A stretch of 64,000 bases of DNA. It comes from Halobacteriales archaeon QH_7_69_31. Its GTDB lineage: Archaea; Halobacteriota; Halobacteria; Halobacteriales; Haloarculaceae. This document shows positions 30,029-39,907 of the stretch, one piece after another. Both the position numbers and the translations under genes were made by a program. The stretch is from positions 2,150 through 66,149 of the forward strand of contig PXQY01000072.1 in the NCBI GenBank assembly GCA_003021745.1, given 5' to 3'. The notes under the pieces are model-generated. The model did no database searches. It was given only the letters and a program-made list of their open reading frames with translations, and was not told where the DNA came from. Each line of letters starts with the position of its first letter. The stretch's first letter is position 1.

Positions 30029-30925
30029 GTGATCGACGTACGTGACCTCCGGAAGGCCTACGGCGGCGTCGTCGCCGTCGACGACGTCTCCTTCAGCGCC
30101 GCCGCCGGTGAGGTGTTCGGCATCGTCGGCCCGAACGGCGCGGGCAAGACGACGACGCTTAAGACCATCGCCGGCCTCGTCGAGCCGACGGCCGGCACCG
30201 TCCGGGTCGACGGCCAGCCGGCGGACGCCGCCGAGACCCGGCGCCGGCTCGGCTTTCTCCCCGAGGCGTCGCCGCTGTACGAGGAGATGTCGCCGCTTTC
30301 GTACCTCCGGTTTTTCGCCGACCTGTATGACGTCCCCCGGGACGTGGCCGACGAGCGCATCCACGACGCGCTCGACCGCCTCGAACTCGACGACCGCCAC
30401 CGCGAGCGGGCCATCGGCGACGCGTCGAAGGGCATGACCCGGAAGGTCGCCATCGCGCGGTCGCTGGTGAACGACCCGGACGTGGTCGTCTACGACGAGC
30501 CCGCCTCGGGACTGGACCCGCTTTCGACCAACTACATCGTGGAGTTCACCCGCGAACTCGCCGCCGAAGGCCGCACCGTGGTCTTCTCGGCGCACGACCT
30601 CCACCACGTCGAGGCGGTCTGTGACCGCGTCGCCATCATGACCGAGGGCCGCATCGTCGCCAGCGGGCCGATCGCGGACCTCCGGCGCGAGTACGGCCGG
30701 ACGGAGTACCACGTGTACACGACCGTCGAGGTCCCCGACGCGGTCGCCGAGAACGGCCGATACCGGCGGGTCGTCGAGGGGATGGACGACGTCCGGGAGG
30801 TCGAGTCGGCGGCCGCGGCCAGGGGCGGCGAGGTGGCGGACATCCGGACGGTCGAACCGAGCCTCGAGGGACTGTTCCTTGAGCTGGCCGACCCGTCGAC
30901 GTCCGCGGACCGGCCGGAGGCCTGA
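30029..30925 (+). CDS. ABC-2 type transporter ATP-binding protein
   Basis: GPNGAGKTT, SKGM, DEPASGLDP. Confidence 0.92.
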   Translation: MIDVRDLRKAYGGVVAVDDVSFSAAAGEVFGIVGPNGAGKTTTLKTIAGLVEPTAGTVRVDGQPADAAETRRRLGFLPEASPLYEEMSPLSYLRFFADLYDVPRDVADERIHDALDRLELDDRHRERAIGDASKGMTRKVAIARSLVNDPDVVVYDEPASGLDPLSTNYIVEFTRELAAEGRTVVFSAHDLHHVEAVCDRVAIMTEGRIVASGPIADLRREYGRTEYHVYTTVEVPDAVAENGRYRRVVEGMDDVREVESAAAARGGEVADIRTVEPSLEGLFLELADPSTSADRPEA

Positions 30926-32766
30926 TGCGGCCGCGGACGGTCCTCCGGATCGCCCGCTGGGAGACCACCAAGGGGGTCGGCGGACTCGACCGTGGCGCCG
31001 TCGCCGTGGTCCTCGCTGCGGCCGCCTTCGTCGTCGCCTTCGGGGTCGTGGGCCTCGTCGGCGGCGTGGCACTGGAAGACGGCATCTACCGGGTCGGCGT
31101 CGACGAGGACAGCCCGTTCCACGACCCCGTCGCCGTGGACGACGCGCTTGCGGTCGTCGAGCCGGACCCCGCCGTCGTCGACGAGGGACTCCGGCCGGGC
31201 GAGGGCTACGACCTCTACGTCGAATCCGGCCCGGAGAGGACGCGGCTGTATCTCGTCCGTCGTGATGGCGAGCCGACCGACAAGAGCCTGGCGGCACTCG
31301 CCGCCTTCCGCGAGTCCGTCGAGGCGTACAACGAACGCCGGATGCGATCGGAGGACAACGAGACCGCGGCGTTCCCGGTCGTCGTCACCGTCGAGTTCGT
31401 CGAGCGCGGGACCGACGGGGGAGCGGACGACGGCGGTGGCGGCCCCGATAGTGACGGCACCGGCGGTGGCGGAGGCGAGGGCGGGGGCGGTGACGGCCAG
31501 GACGACGATGGTGGCCTCCCCTCGACGGGTGGCGGGGACGGCGGGGGGTTCGGCGCGCCCTCCATCGGCGCCTTCGACCTGTTCGGGACGGCCGGGACCT
31601 CCGGGTCGCCGTCGGCCATCGCGCCGCCGTTCCCGTTCCAGTCGCTCGTGTTGGCGTTCCTCTTCGTCCTCCCCCTGAACTTCGTGATCCAGGCCTACGG
31701 GAGTTCGATGCTCTCCGAACGGCTCGACCGCCGCGGGGAACTCCTGCTCGTCGCGCCCGTCACCCCGGCCGAGATCGTGGCGGGGAAGACGCTGCCGTAC
31801 GCCGCCACGTCGCTGGCCATCGCCGCGACGGTCGTCGCCGGCCTGTGGCTGATCGGCGCGGGCGCCGGGCCGCTGTCGGTGCTCGCGGTGGTGCCGCTAT
31901 CGTTACTGTTTCTCGCTTTGACATTCCTTGGGGCGATGTTCGCCCGGTCGTTCAAGGAACTCACCTTCGTCTCCGTCACCGTCAGCACCGCGCTGACCAC
32001 CTACGCCTTCGTCCCGGCCATCTTCACCGCGACCAGTCCCGTCGCCTTCGTCTCCCCGCTCACCGTCGCCGTCCGGGACCTCACCGGCGCGGGCGTCACG
32101 CCAGGCCAGTTCCTCTTCGCCACGGGTCCGCCGACGCTGGTCGCCGGCGTCTGCTTCCTGTTCGGCCTCGGCGTGTATCGCGAGGAGGATCTGTTCACCC
32201 AGCGGCCCGTCCACCTGAAGGCGCTGGACGCGCTGGCCGGTCGCATCCGCCGCCCACGGAGCCTCGCGCTGGTCGTCGCGCTGCTCGTCCCGTTCGTCTT
32301 CGTCGCGGAACTGGTGGCCGTCGCGCTCCTGTTCGCGCTCCCCGTCGCGCTCTCCATCCCGCTCGTGTTGGCCACCGTCGCCGTCATCGAGGAACTCGCG
32401 AAGGCGCTCCCGGTCTATGCCGGCTTCGTCAACGGCCGCTACGAGCGGACCGCCGGCGTCGGCGCGGCGGCCGGCGCCGCCGCCGGCGTCGGCTTCTTCC
32501 TCGCCGAGAAGCTCTCGCTTCTCGTACAGGTCGTCGGACTGCCGGACGTCGCGGTCGCGGACGCCGCCTTCCAGACCGGCCTCGGAAGCAACAGCCTGGC
32601 GGCCGTCGCCGTCCTCGCCGTGGCACCGCTACTCCTGCACGTCGCGACCGCAACGGTGTCCGCCCTCGGCGCCAGCCGGGACCGGACCGCCTTCGCCGCG
32701 AGCCTCTCGCTGGCGACGCTTCTGCACCTCGTCTACAACCTCGCGGTGGTGAGCCGCCTTGTCTAG
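30925..32766 (+). CDS. ABC-2 permease with PrsW-like C-terminal region
   Basis: SERLDRRGELLLVAP..GK permease motif; IEELAK, GFFLAEK, LHV, HLVYN PrsW-like motifs. Confidence 0.82.
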   Translation: MRPRTVLRIARWETTKGVGGLDRGAVAVVLAAAAFVVAFGVVGLVGGVALEDGIYRVGVDEDSPFHDPVAVDDALAVVEPDPAVVDEGLRPGEGYDLYVESGPERTRLYLVRRDGEPTDKSLAALAAFRESVEAYNERRMRSEDNETAAFPVVVTVEFVERGTDGGADDGGGGPDSDGTGGGGGEGGGGDGQDDDGGLPSTGGGDGGGFGAPSIGAFDLFGTAGTSGSPSAIAPPFPFQSLVLAFLFVLPLNFVIQAYGSSMLSERLDRRGELLLVAPVTPAEIVAGKTLPYAATSLAIAATVVAGLWLIGAGAGPLSVLAVVPLSLLFLALTFLGAMFARSFKELTFVSVTVSTALTTYAFVPAIFTATSPVAFVSPLTVAVRDLTGAGVTPGQFLFATGPPTLVAGVCFLFGLGVYREEDLFTQRPVHLKALDALAGRIRRPRSLALVVALLVPFVFVAELVAVALLFALPVALSIPLVLATVAVIEELAKALPVYAGFVNGRYERTAGVGAAAGAAAGVGFFLAEKLSLLVQVVGLPDVAVADAAFQTGLGSNSLAAVAVLAVAPLLLHVATATVSALGASRDRTAFAASLSLATLLHLVYNLAVVSRLV

Positions 32767-33730
32767 ACGCGCCATCGCCCGCCGCGAACTCGACTCGCTC
32801 TCCCGGGAGAAGACCATCGTCCTCGCCATCCTCATCCAGGTGGTCATCGCCGGGTTCTCCTCGGTCCTCGTGGCCGACGACGTCGTCGCCGCCGCCGGCG
32901 AGGTCGAGAACCTCCGGGCCAGGCGGTTCGAGGACCGCGCGACGGCCCGCGACGCCTTCGACCGGGGCCGCGTCGACGCGGTGGTACACGCCGAAGCGCG
33001 GGACGGCCGCGTAGCGGTGTCGGCGTCCGTTCCACGGTCGAGCCTCCGGAAGACGGTGATCGTCGTCCAGTTGCGAGCCGCCCTGACGGAACTCGAACGC
33101 GCCGAGCGCGCCGACCGCGCCGACCACCTCGCGTTCGACCCCCTTCCCGTGCCGCCGCGGTCGGACGCCAGCCCGTACTTCGGGTTTTCCTACGTCCTCG
33201 TCGTCCCGCTGCTCGTGTTCCTGCCGGTGTTCATAAGCGGTGCCGTCGTGGTCGACTCGCTAACGGAGGAGATAGAGCGCGGGACCATCGAGCTGCTTCG
33301 GGTCGCGCCGGTCTCGCTCGCCGGCATCGTCGAGGGCAAGGCCGGATTGCTCGCCGCGCTCGCCCCGCTGCAGGTCCTTCTGTGGGTCGTGCTCCTGGCG
33401 CTCAACGACATCGCGGTCGACAACGTCGCGCTCCTGGTCGCGCTCACGGCCGCCATGGCCGTGCTCGCGGTCGCCGCCGCCGCCGCGCTGGCGCTCGCGC
33501 TCCCCGTCCGCCAGCGCGCCCAGCTGACCTACTCGCTGGGGATGCTTACGGCCTTTGCGGCCGCCGCCGCCCTCCCCGAACACCCGGCGACCACCGTGGC
33601 GCTGCTCGCCATCGGGAGCGCCACCCGGGTTACGCTCGTCCACGTCGCGGGCTACGTGGTGGCAGCGGTCCTCGCGGCGGTGGCGCTGCGTCGCCACGTC
33701 GCTCGGATCTCCCCCGAGCGCTACGGCTGA
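32759..33730 (+). CDS. ABC-2 permease
   Basis: SREKTIVLA, TEEIERGTIELLRVAP..GK; first extracellular segment seems shortened. Confidence 0.8.
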   Translation: MSRRAIARRELDSLSREKTIVLAILIQVVIAGFSSVLVADDVVAAAGEVENLRARRFEDRATARDAFDRGRVDAVVHAEARDGRVAVSASVPRSSLRKTVIVVQLRAALTELERAERADRADHLAFDPLPVPPRSDASPYFGFSYVLVVPLLVFLPVFISGAVVVDSLTEEIERGTIELLRVAPVSLAGIVEGKAGLLAALAPLQVLLWVVLLALNDIAVDNVALLVALTAAMAVLAVAAAAALALALPVRQRAQLTYSLGMLTAFAAAAALPEHPATTVALLAIGSATRVTLVHVAGYVVAAVLAAVALRRHVARISPERYG

Positions 33731-33734
33731 GCGG

Positions 33735-35135
33735 TCATAGCTGTCGCAACGACAGCGCCGTCACGGCGATGGCGAAAAGCGAGGTGACGGCCGCCGCGAC
33801 GACCAACGCGAGCGTCACGACCGGCGGGACGCCGCCGAGGGCCGGCGGCGGCGGGAGGTCGACGCCCTCGTCCTCGGCACTCCCCTCGTCACCGGACGCT
33901 CCCGAGGCCCCGGCGGTGTCACTCTGGGGGTCGGCTCGGTCCGGATCGTCGGGCTCCGTCGCGAACAGGCTCCCGCCGGCCTCGACGTCCGGTCGGACGA
34001 CGGCAGCGAACGCCTCGCCGTCCCGACTGCCCGTGAGGAGATACCGCCCGTCGCCGAGCGCGGTGACTGATGCGAGTCGGGCGTCGACGTCGACCGTCGC
34101 CCCGGCGACGGTTCGGGCGAACACCGCCAGCCGGCTCCGCTCGTCGCCCCGAATCGCCGTGAGGGCACCCCGCTCGGCCGCCGAGACCCCCGTCACTGCC
34201 TCGCCCGGGCGTCCTCGCCGCTTCGTTCTCGACCGGTCGTGGGTCCCGTTCGGGTGGACGGCCGAGACCGATGGATGCACGTCCGACCCGTCCCCGAGCG
34301 GGGCCGCGCCGCCGGCGTAGATAATGTCGCGCTCGACAACGACGTCGACGTACCGGTCGGGCCCGGCGGCATCCCGGCGGGCCCGCCAGAGCGTCTCCCC
34401 GGTGCCGTCGATCCGGACGAGGAGTCGATCCGGGTCCTCGTCGGCCGTCGACGAGCCGGCGAGCACGTACCCGTCGCCGATCCGAGCGGCGTCGTTGATG
34501 TCCGCCTCGGGGTACTGCTCGACCCAGATCTCGCCGCCGTTCGCCGTAATGTGGCCGGCCTCGTCCCCGCCGACGATGAGGGCGCCGTCGGGGGCGGGGA
34601 CGACGTCCGTCACCCGGCCGGAGCCGTAGGTGTCCTGCCAGGCGACGTCACCGCCCGGCGTGAGCCCGGCGACCAGTCGGCGCGGTCCCTCCTCGGGGGT
34701 CCGGCGGGTGCCGGCGACGACGAACCCGCCGTCGTCCCGCTGGATCGCGCCGGCGAGCGTGGCGTTCCCGTAGCCTTGGAGCGACCACACCCACTCGACC
34801 GACCCGGCGGCGTCGACCCGGACGGCGACGGCACTGCGGTCCGTTCCGTCAGGCGGGCCGAAGGAGCCGACCAGGAGAAAGCCGCCGTCGGCAGCCGGCA
34901 CCCCCTCGAGCAGGACGCCCGACTCGCTGCCGGGCGTATAGGTGTCGTTCCAGTGGACCGCCGTGGGGGACAGGTGGCCCGGCGCCGGGGCGTCGGACGG
35001 CCCGGCCGTCGACGTGGTGGGCCCACTGGGGGCGACGCCGCCGGCCGCGAGGGCGGTCGCGGCCGCGACGACGCCGACGAGAACGAGGCCGACGAACGCC
35101 CACGTGTCGACCCCGGCCCCCACCTGGGTCCACAT
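33735..35135 (-). CDS. Secreted/membrane-anchored beta-propeller-like protein
   Basis: N-terminal hydrophobic signal, repeated DGGF.V.G and G...W blades, C-terminal TM helix. Confidence 0.7.
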   Translation of the reverse strand: MWTQVGAGVDTWAFVGLVLVGVVAAATALAAGGVAPSGPTTSTAGPSDAPAPGHLSPTAVHWNDTYTPGSESGVLLEGVPAADGGFLLVGSFGPPDGTDRSAVAVRVDAAGSVEWVWSLQGYGNATLAGAIQRDDGGFVVAGTRRTPEEGPRRLVAGLTPGGDVAWQDTYGSGRVTDVVPAPDGALIVGGDEAGHITANGGEIWVEQYPEADINDAARIGDGYVLAGSSTADEDPDRLLVRIDGTGETLWRARRDAAGPDRYVDVVVERDIIYAGGAAPLGDGSDVHPSVSAVHPNGTHDRSRTKRRGRPGEAVTGVSAAERGALTAIRGDERSRLAVFARTVAGATVDVDARLASVTALGDGRYLLTGSRDGEAFAAVVRPDVEAGGSLFATEPDDPDRADPQSDTAGASGASGDEGSAEDEGVDLPPPPALGGVPPVVTLALVVAAAVTSLFAIAVTALSLRQL

Positions 35136-35276
35136 ACGGAGGGGCCTCGCCAGGGGCGAGCATAAGCGTGACGGCGCGCCGGGCCGGGCTGCGCTCGGTC
35201 GCCGATGGCCGACCGCATGGTCCCGATGACCGACCGGCCGGCGAGCCTTTTTCAGCACACCGCCCCGACCGGGCCC

Positions 35277-36251
35277 ATGGAGTACACGACGCTGGGCTCG
35301 ACCGGCATCGAGGTCTCCCGCATCTGTCTCGGCTGCATGAGCTTCGGCGACCCCGACTGGCGCGAGTGGGTCCGAGGCGAGGCGTTCGGCCACGACCTCG
35401 TCGAGCGGGCCATAGACCTCGGCATCAACTTCTTCGACACGGCAAATATGTACTCCCGCGGTGAGAGCGAACGCGTCCTCGGCGACGCGCTCGAGGGCCG
35501 CCGCGAGGAAAGCGTCGTTGCAACCAAGGGCTACTTCAAGATGCGCGAGACGGACCCGAACTCCGGCGGACTGTCCCGGAAGACCATCGAGCAGGAACTG
35601 GACGCCTCGCTGGCCCGGCTCGGGATGGAGACCGTCGACCTTTACCAGACCCACCGGTGGGACGACGACACCCCCATCGGGACCACGATGGGCGCCCTCG
35701 ACGACGCCGTCCGCCGCGGGAAGGCCCGCCACGTCGGCGCCTCCTCGATGTGGGCCCACCAGCTCGCGTCGGCGCTGCACGCGAGCGACCATCTCGGCCT
35801 CGAGCGGTTCGCGACGATGCAGAACCACTACAACCTCGTCTACCGCGAGGAGGAACGCGAGATGCTCCCGTTCTGCCAGGAGGAGGGTCTCGGCGTCATC
35901 CCGTGGTCGCCGCTGGCCCGCGGCTACCTCACCCGCCCGCACGAGGAGTACATGTCCACGAAACGTGCGGAAACGGACGACCACGCGCAGGCACACCCGT
36001 ACGCCGACAACGGCGGCCGGGAGATCAACGAGCGTGTCCAAGAACTCGCCGCCGACGAGGGCGTCTCGATGGCGCAGCTGTCGCTGTCGTGGTTGCTGCA
36101 CAAGGAGTGGGTCGACGCCCCAATCGTCGGTGCCTCGAAGGTCGAGCACCTCGAGGACGCCGTCGAAGCATTGGAGGTGGCGCTGTCGGCGAGCGACGTC
36201 GCCTACCTCGAGGAACCGTACGAACCGGTGCCGGTCTCGGGCCACGAGTAG
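35277..36251 (+). CDS. Aldo/keto reductase
   Basis: LGCMSFG, FFDTANMYS, VATK, DLYQTHRWD, PWSPLARG. Confidence 0.93.
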   Translation: MEYTTLGSTGIEVSRICLGCMSFGDPDWREWVRGEAFGHDLVERAIDLGINFFDTANMYSRGESERVLGDALEGRREESVVATKGYFKMRETDPNSGGLSRKTIEQELDASLARLGMETVDLYQTHRWDDDTPIGTTMGALDDAVRRGKARHVGASSMWAHQLASALHASDHLGLERFATMQNHYNLVYREEEREMLPFCQEEGLGVIPWSPLARGYLTRPHEEYMSTKRAETDDHAQAHPYADNGGREINERVQELAADEGVSMAQLSLSWLLHKEWVDAPIVGASKVEHLEDAVEALEVALSASDVAYLEEPYEPVPVSGHE

Positions 36252-36289
36252 CCGCCGGCGACCCGGCCGCACCCGCGGACGGCCCCCGA

Positions 36290-37303
36290 TCAGCGCCGGC
36301 GGCGGAGCAGGTGGACCGTCGCGAGGACGGCGAGGAGGGCGGGCGCGGGCCCGAAGCCGGGGCCCTCGGCGGCCGTCGGCGTCTCAAGGACGTGGTCGTC
36401 CCACTCCCCGGTCGGCGTCCCCGTCGCGCTGTCGGATGCACCGTCAGTGTCACCCCCGTCCCCACTTTGGGGATCTCCCGCGGCGTCGGTCGGCTCGCCG
36501 GTGGCGGTCGCCGTGCCGCCGGCGACCGTGGCGGTCGGGGTCGCGGTGGCGCGCTTCGGCGACGCCTGCTCCGAGCCGGCCGTTCCTCCCTCGGCGGCGC
36601 CGTCGCCGGTCCCGTTCCCTGTCGACGCCGACGGTGTCGGCGTCGGGGTGGCCGTCTGCCGTGACTCCGAGGGCGGCGGGCCGAGTCTCTCCCGCGCCTC
36701 GGCCTCGTCCTCGCAGTCACAGATCCAGAAGTAATGGGAGTCGGAGCTGAACGTGACGCGGTCGCCGCTGTCTGTCACGCCGGTCGTGCTCCCGGCGATC
36801 CGGTACCAGCCCCGCTCGTCCGGGTTGTCGATGCACGTCGAGACCGAGACGAACTCGTCGCCGTCGTCGAAGTGCGTCGAGGACCCGAAGTCGTCCTCGC
36901 CGTAGTACTCGACGCTGAACAGGTCCTCGCGGGCGGTGAAGGACTTCACGTTCTCCGTGAGGTCGTGGTCGATCTCGTAGTCCGGCCGCGTCGAGCCTCG
37001 ATCGATGCCGAACGTCTCGCCGTCGCCGGGCCCGCAGCTCGCGAAGCTACCCGCCTCGTAGGTCGCGGTGGTCCGCTCTAGGGTCTCCAGGTCGGTGCCG
37101 GCCGTCGCCACGACGCGTTGGCCGTACCGGACGTTCTCGGCGCCGGGGCTGCGGTCGCCCATCGGCTCGACGGTGAAGTTGGCCGATCCGTGGCCGTGGC
37201 TCGCGGTGGCGACGCCGACGCCACCCGGAAACGTCGCGCCGGCCAGAACCGCGAGGGCGAGGAGGGCTGTGGCGGCAATGGCGATGCTGCGCGCCGATTG
37301 CAT
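36290..37303 (-). CDS. Cys-containing cell-surface protein with PGF-CTERM anchor
   Basis: Signal peptide, FGIDRG, HYFWICDC, Thr-rich linker, GPGFG-TM-RRRR. Confidence 0.8.
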   Translation of the reverse strand: MQSARSIAIAATALLALAVLAGATFPGGVGVATASHGHGSANFTVEPMGDRSPGAENVRYGQRVVATAGTDLETLERTTATYEAGSFASCGPGDGETFGIDRGSTRPDYEIDHDLTENVKSFTAREDLFSVEYYGEDDFGSSTHFDDGDEFVSVSTCIDNPDERGWYRIAGSTTGVTDSGDRVTFSSDSHYFWICDCEDEAEARERLGPPPSESRQTATPTPTPSASTGNGTGDGAAEGGTAGSEQASPKRATATPTATVAGGTATATGEPTDAAGDPQSGDGGDTDGASDSATGTPTGEWDDHVLETPTAAEGPGFGPAPALLAVLATVHLLRRRR

Positions 37304-37415
37304 GAGTACCGATACGTCGGGCCGTCACGAGGGAATCGCTGTCGCCGTCAATCGTCGGTCCATTCAAACCCCGGAACCACTGGAGGTTTATAGCCCGGCG
37401 ACGAACGGGTCCCCC

Positions 37416-38066
37416 ATGCGGTACGTCAAGGTCTCGCTTTTACCCACCGCCGGCACCATCGACCCGGTCGCCGAGGACATCGAGGCCCACCCCTCGCTGA
37501 CCCGGGAGTCGATCCTCCACATCAGCCGGCTCAACGACGGGACGGCGGTGCTTCTCACCCAGATCCGGGGGGAGAAAGCGGCGCTTGCGGAGATCCTCGA
37601 GGCCTCGCCGGAGATCATCTCCTACAACGTCTCGTCGCTCCGGGACGGCCTGCAGGCCTACGTCCACACCGAGCCGACCGAGGCCGGCGCGGCACTCTTA
37701 GAACTCGAACAGGAACACGAGTTCGTCCTCGATCTCCCCATCGAGTACGGCCCGGAGGGCGGGCTGAAGGTCGCCGTCATTGGGGAGGAAGACACGGTCC
37801 GGCGGGCGATCGAGGACATCCCGGACGGGATCCGCGTGGAGTTAGAGCAGCTGTCCGACTACGACCCGGAGCTCCGGGAGCTGTCGTCGCTGCTGACCGA
37901 CCGCCAGCAGGAGATCCTCGACACTGCGACCGACCTCGGCTACTACCGGGTGCCGCGGGAGGCGACCCACGAGGACATCGCCGCGGACCTGGACCTCTCG
38001 ACGACCACCGTCGGCGAGCACCTCCGCAAGATCGAGGCGCGGATGTTGTCGGAGATCGCCCACTGA
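37416..38066 (+). CDS. Bat-type HTH_10 transcriptional regulator
   Basis: LTDRQQEIL..A..LGYYRVPREAT..DIA..L..S..TVGEHLRKIE. Confidence 0.9.
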   Translation: MRYVKVSLLPTAGTIDPVAEDIEAHPSLTRESILHISRLNDGTAVLLTQIRGEKAALAEILEASPEIISYNVSSLRDGLQAYVHTEPTEAGAALLELEQEHEFVLDLPIEYGPEGGLKVAVIGEEDTVRRAIEDIPDGIRVELEQLSDYDPELRELSSLLTDRQQEILDTATDLGYYRVPREATHEDIAADLDLSTTTVGEHLRKIEARMLSEIAH

Positions 38067-38132
38067 CGGGGGTGGCGGCGTCGCTCAGCGGCCGGGCATG
38101 TGAGCGCCCCGGATCGGAACTGTTCTCATCAC

Positions 38133-38276
38133 GCGCTATCGCTCACTGCCGCGGCTGGATCGACAGTCGCGCCATCGCTTACTGTCGTAATTGGCCCGAC
38201 AATCGCTCCATCGCTCACTGTCGTAACTGGCTCGACACTGGCTCCATCGCTCACTGCCGCGGTTGGCCCGACACCC
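38133..38276. repeat. 36-bp degenerate tandem repeat, 4 copies, overlapping a gene 3' end
   Basis: ATCGCT(C/T)ACTG recurs at 38138, 38174, 38210, 38246. Confidence 0.85.
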
Positions 38277-38784
38277 GCGCCGTGACGTAGGCCGTCGCCA
38301 GTCCGACGAGTCCCACCGGCAGTCCAACCTGGACCATGAGCGTCCCCAGCGCCGAGGGGTCGATCGGGCCACCGCTTCCGCCTCCGCCTCCACCGCCCCC
38401 GCCGCCAGCGCCACCGCCAGTGCCGGCGCCGTACTCCGAAAGCACCGAGAACGTGAGAAACAGCGCGAGGCCGGCGAACAGGAAAAATCCGACGAAGCAG
38501 CCGACGCCGGCGACGACAGCGGCAGTGGCCTCCCGGTCCGGGAGCATCCTGCCGAGGCCGACGCCGGCCAGGCCGGCGACGACCGGCCCGGTCGCGTAGA
38601 TGACGAAGATGGAGACGAGCAACAGGATGCCGATCTGGGTCGAGTCCAGCGGGTCCGTGCCGGGGTCGACGAACTGCTCGATGAAGAAGCCGAGGGTGAA
38701 GTTGGCGGCGAGCCCGAGGCCCGCGCCGAGCGCAGCGAACACCCCGACGACGACCAGCGCATAGACGTACGCGGGGCGATCCAT
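38251..38784 (-). CDS. Membrane protein with a Gly-rich loop
   Basis: Four hydrophobic helices, poly-Gly linker; ATG at 38784. Confidence 0.75.
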   Translation of the reverse strand: MDRPAYVYALVVVGVFAALGAGLGLAANFTLGFFIEQFVDPGTDPLDSTQIGILLLVSIFVIYATGPVVAGLAGVGLGRMLPDREATAAVVAGVGCFVGFFLFAGLALFLTFSVLSEYGAGTGGGAGGGGGGGGGGSGGPIDPSALGTLMVQVGLPVGLVGLATAYVTARVSGQPRQ

Positions 38785-38959
38785 GGAACCACTCGGACTG
38801 TCGGGTCGAGTGTAGGTGTCGGTGTCGCCGCTATGCGACGGTGGCCTTATACGCCGACCGGGACGACTGCAGGGCCGCGGTGGCCACGCGGGGTCGAACG
38901 AGGTCGCCGACGGTGAAACGACCCTCGTCTTTTTGGCCGTAGTGCCACCAGACTCGGGT

Positions 38960-39352
38960 ATGTCGGGTGCGAACGGCGAGGTCGACGCGGCGCTGGAAGC
39001 GCTGCGGGCCGGGACCGACGGGCCGGTGTACACGCTGGTCCGGTTCTATCCGTACGACTTCGAAGTCCTGTACGTCGACGACGCGATGAATGACCTGTAT
39101 CCGGGCGGCTCGGCGATGGACGATCACTTCGAGCGGATCTTCGACTACGTCGGCATCGACTTCGCCGAACGGGCCCTGTTTACCGACGTCCTGCTGTCGG
39201 GTGCCGGCGACGTGCGGTACATGACGACGAGCCTGGACTCGATCAAGGTCGTCCGTGCGTACGGCGGCGAGGACGTCGGCGTCTTCGTGGCCCTCGACCC
39301 CGAGGAGGCCGTTCCGCCGGTGGTCGAGGTCGTCACCGAGCACCTCCTCTGA
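38960..39352 (+). CDS. Conserved haloarchaeal hypothetical protein
   Basis: FEVLYVDD...HFERIFDYVGIDFAER; host-like codon usage. Confidence 0.65.
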   Translation: MSGANGEVDAALEALRAGTDGPVYTLVRFYPYDFEVLYVDDAMNDLYPGGSAMDDHFERIFDYVGIDFAERALFTDVLLSGAGDVRYMTTSLDSIKVVRAYGGEDVGVFVALDPEEAVPPVVEVVTEHLL

Positions 39353-39389
39353 CCGCCTGCGCGGCTGGCTGCCGCCCTCGGTGGCGAGC

Positions 39390-39845
39390 CGGGCGGCGGG
39401 ACCGTAGGGAGCGCCGCCGGATGAGCGAACGGGGAGCGGTAGGTCGAGCGGCGCGAGGCCGACCGCAGGGAGGCCTCGGAATGAGCGAGCGGGGAGCGAA
39501 GCGACCCGTGAGCAGCGAGACCTCCAAGGGTGAGCGGCGACAGCGAGGCGCGACCAGCGGGAGCGCCTCGAATTGGCGAGCGGGGAGCGAAGCGACCCGC
39601 GAGCCGTCGGGAGCCGCGAGCGAAGCGACCCGTGAGCACGGGAGCGCCGCCGGATGGGCGAGCGGAGTGAGCCCTGAGCAGTGAGCGGAGCGACCACCGG
39701 GCGCGACGACACGCGAGCCGCGAGGCCGAACGAAGTGAGGCCTCGGAACGAGCGAGCGGGGAGCGAAGCGACCCGCGAGCCGCGAGGCCGACCGGAGGGA
39801 GGCCTCGGACCGAGCGAGCGGCGACGCCGCGAGCCGGGCGGCGCG
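39390..39845. repeat. Large intergenic mosaic of GA/GNA-hairpin repeats
   Basis: GAGCGAAGCGACCCG(C/T)GAG x4; CGAGGCC-GA-NN-GNA-NN-GA-GGCCTCG at 39454, 39721, 39783. Confidence 0.85.
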
Positions 39846-39907
39846 CCGCCCCCGCACTCACGCCGGCCGTGCGGGCGGTGCCCGACGACGGGACGGCCGA
39901 GGGGAGC

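Noticed and set aside
33735-36272. 845-aa fusion protein
   Set aside because: The first ~380 codons are the antisense of the aldo/keto reductase; the real gene most likely starts at 35135.
38133-38276. Possible CRISPR array (36-bp period)
   Set aside because: Units are contiguous with no unique spacers, and there are no cas genes in the window.
39390-39845. Possible CRISPR array or protein-coding repeat
   Set aside because: Irregular mosaic of hairpin modules; overlapping ORFs are low-complexity translations of the repeat.
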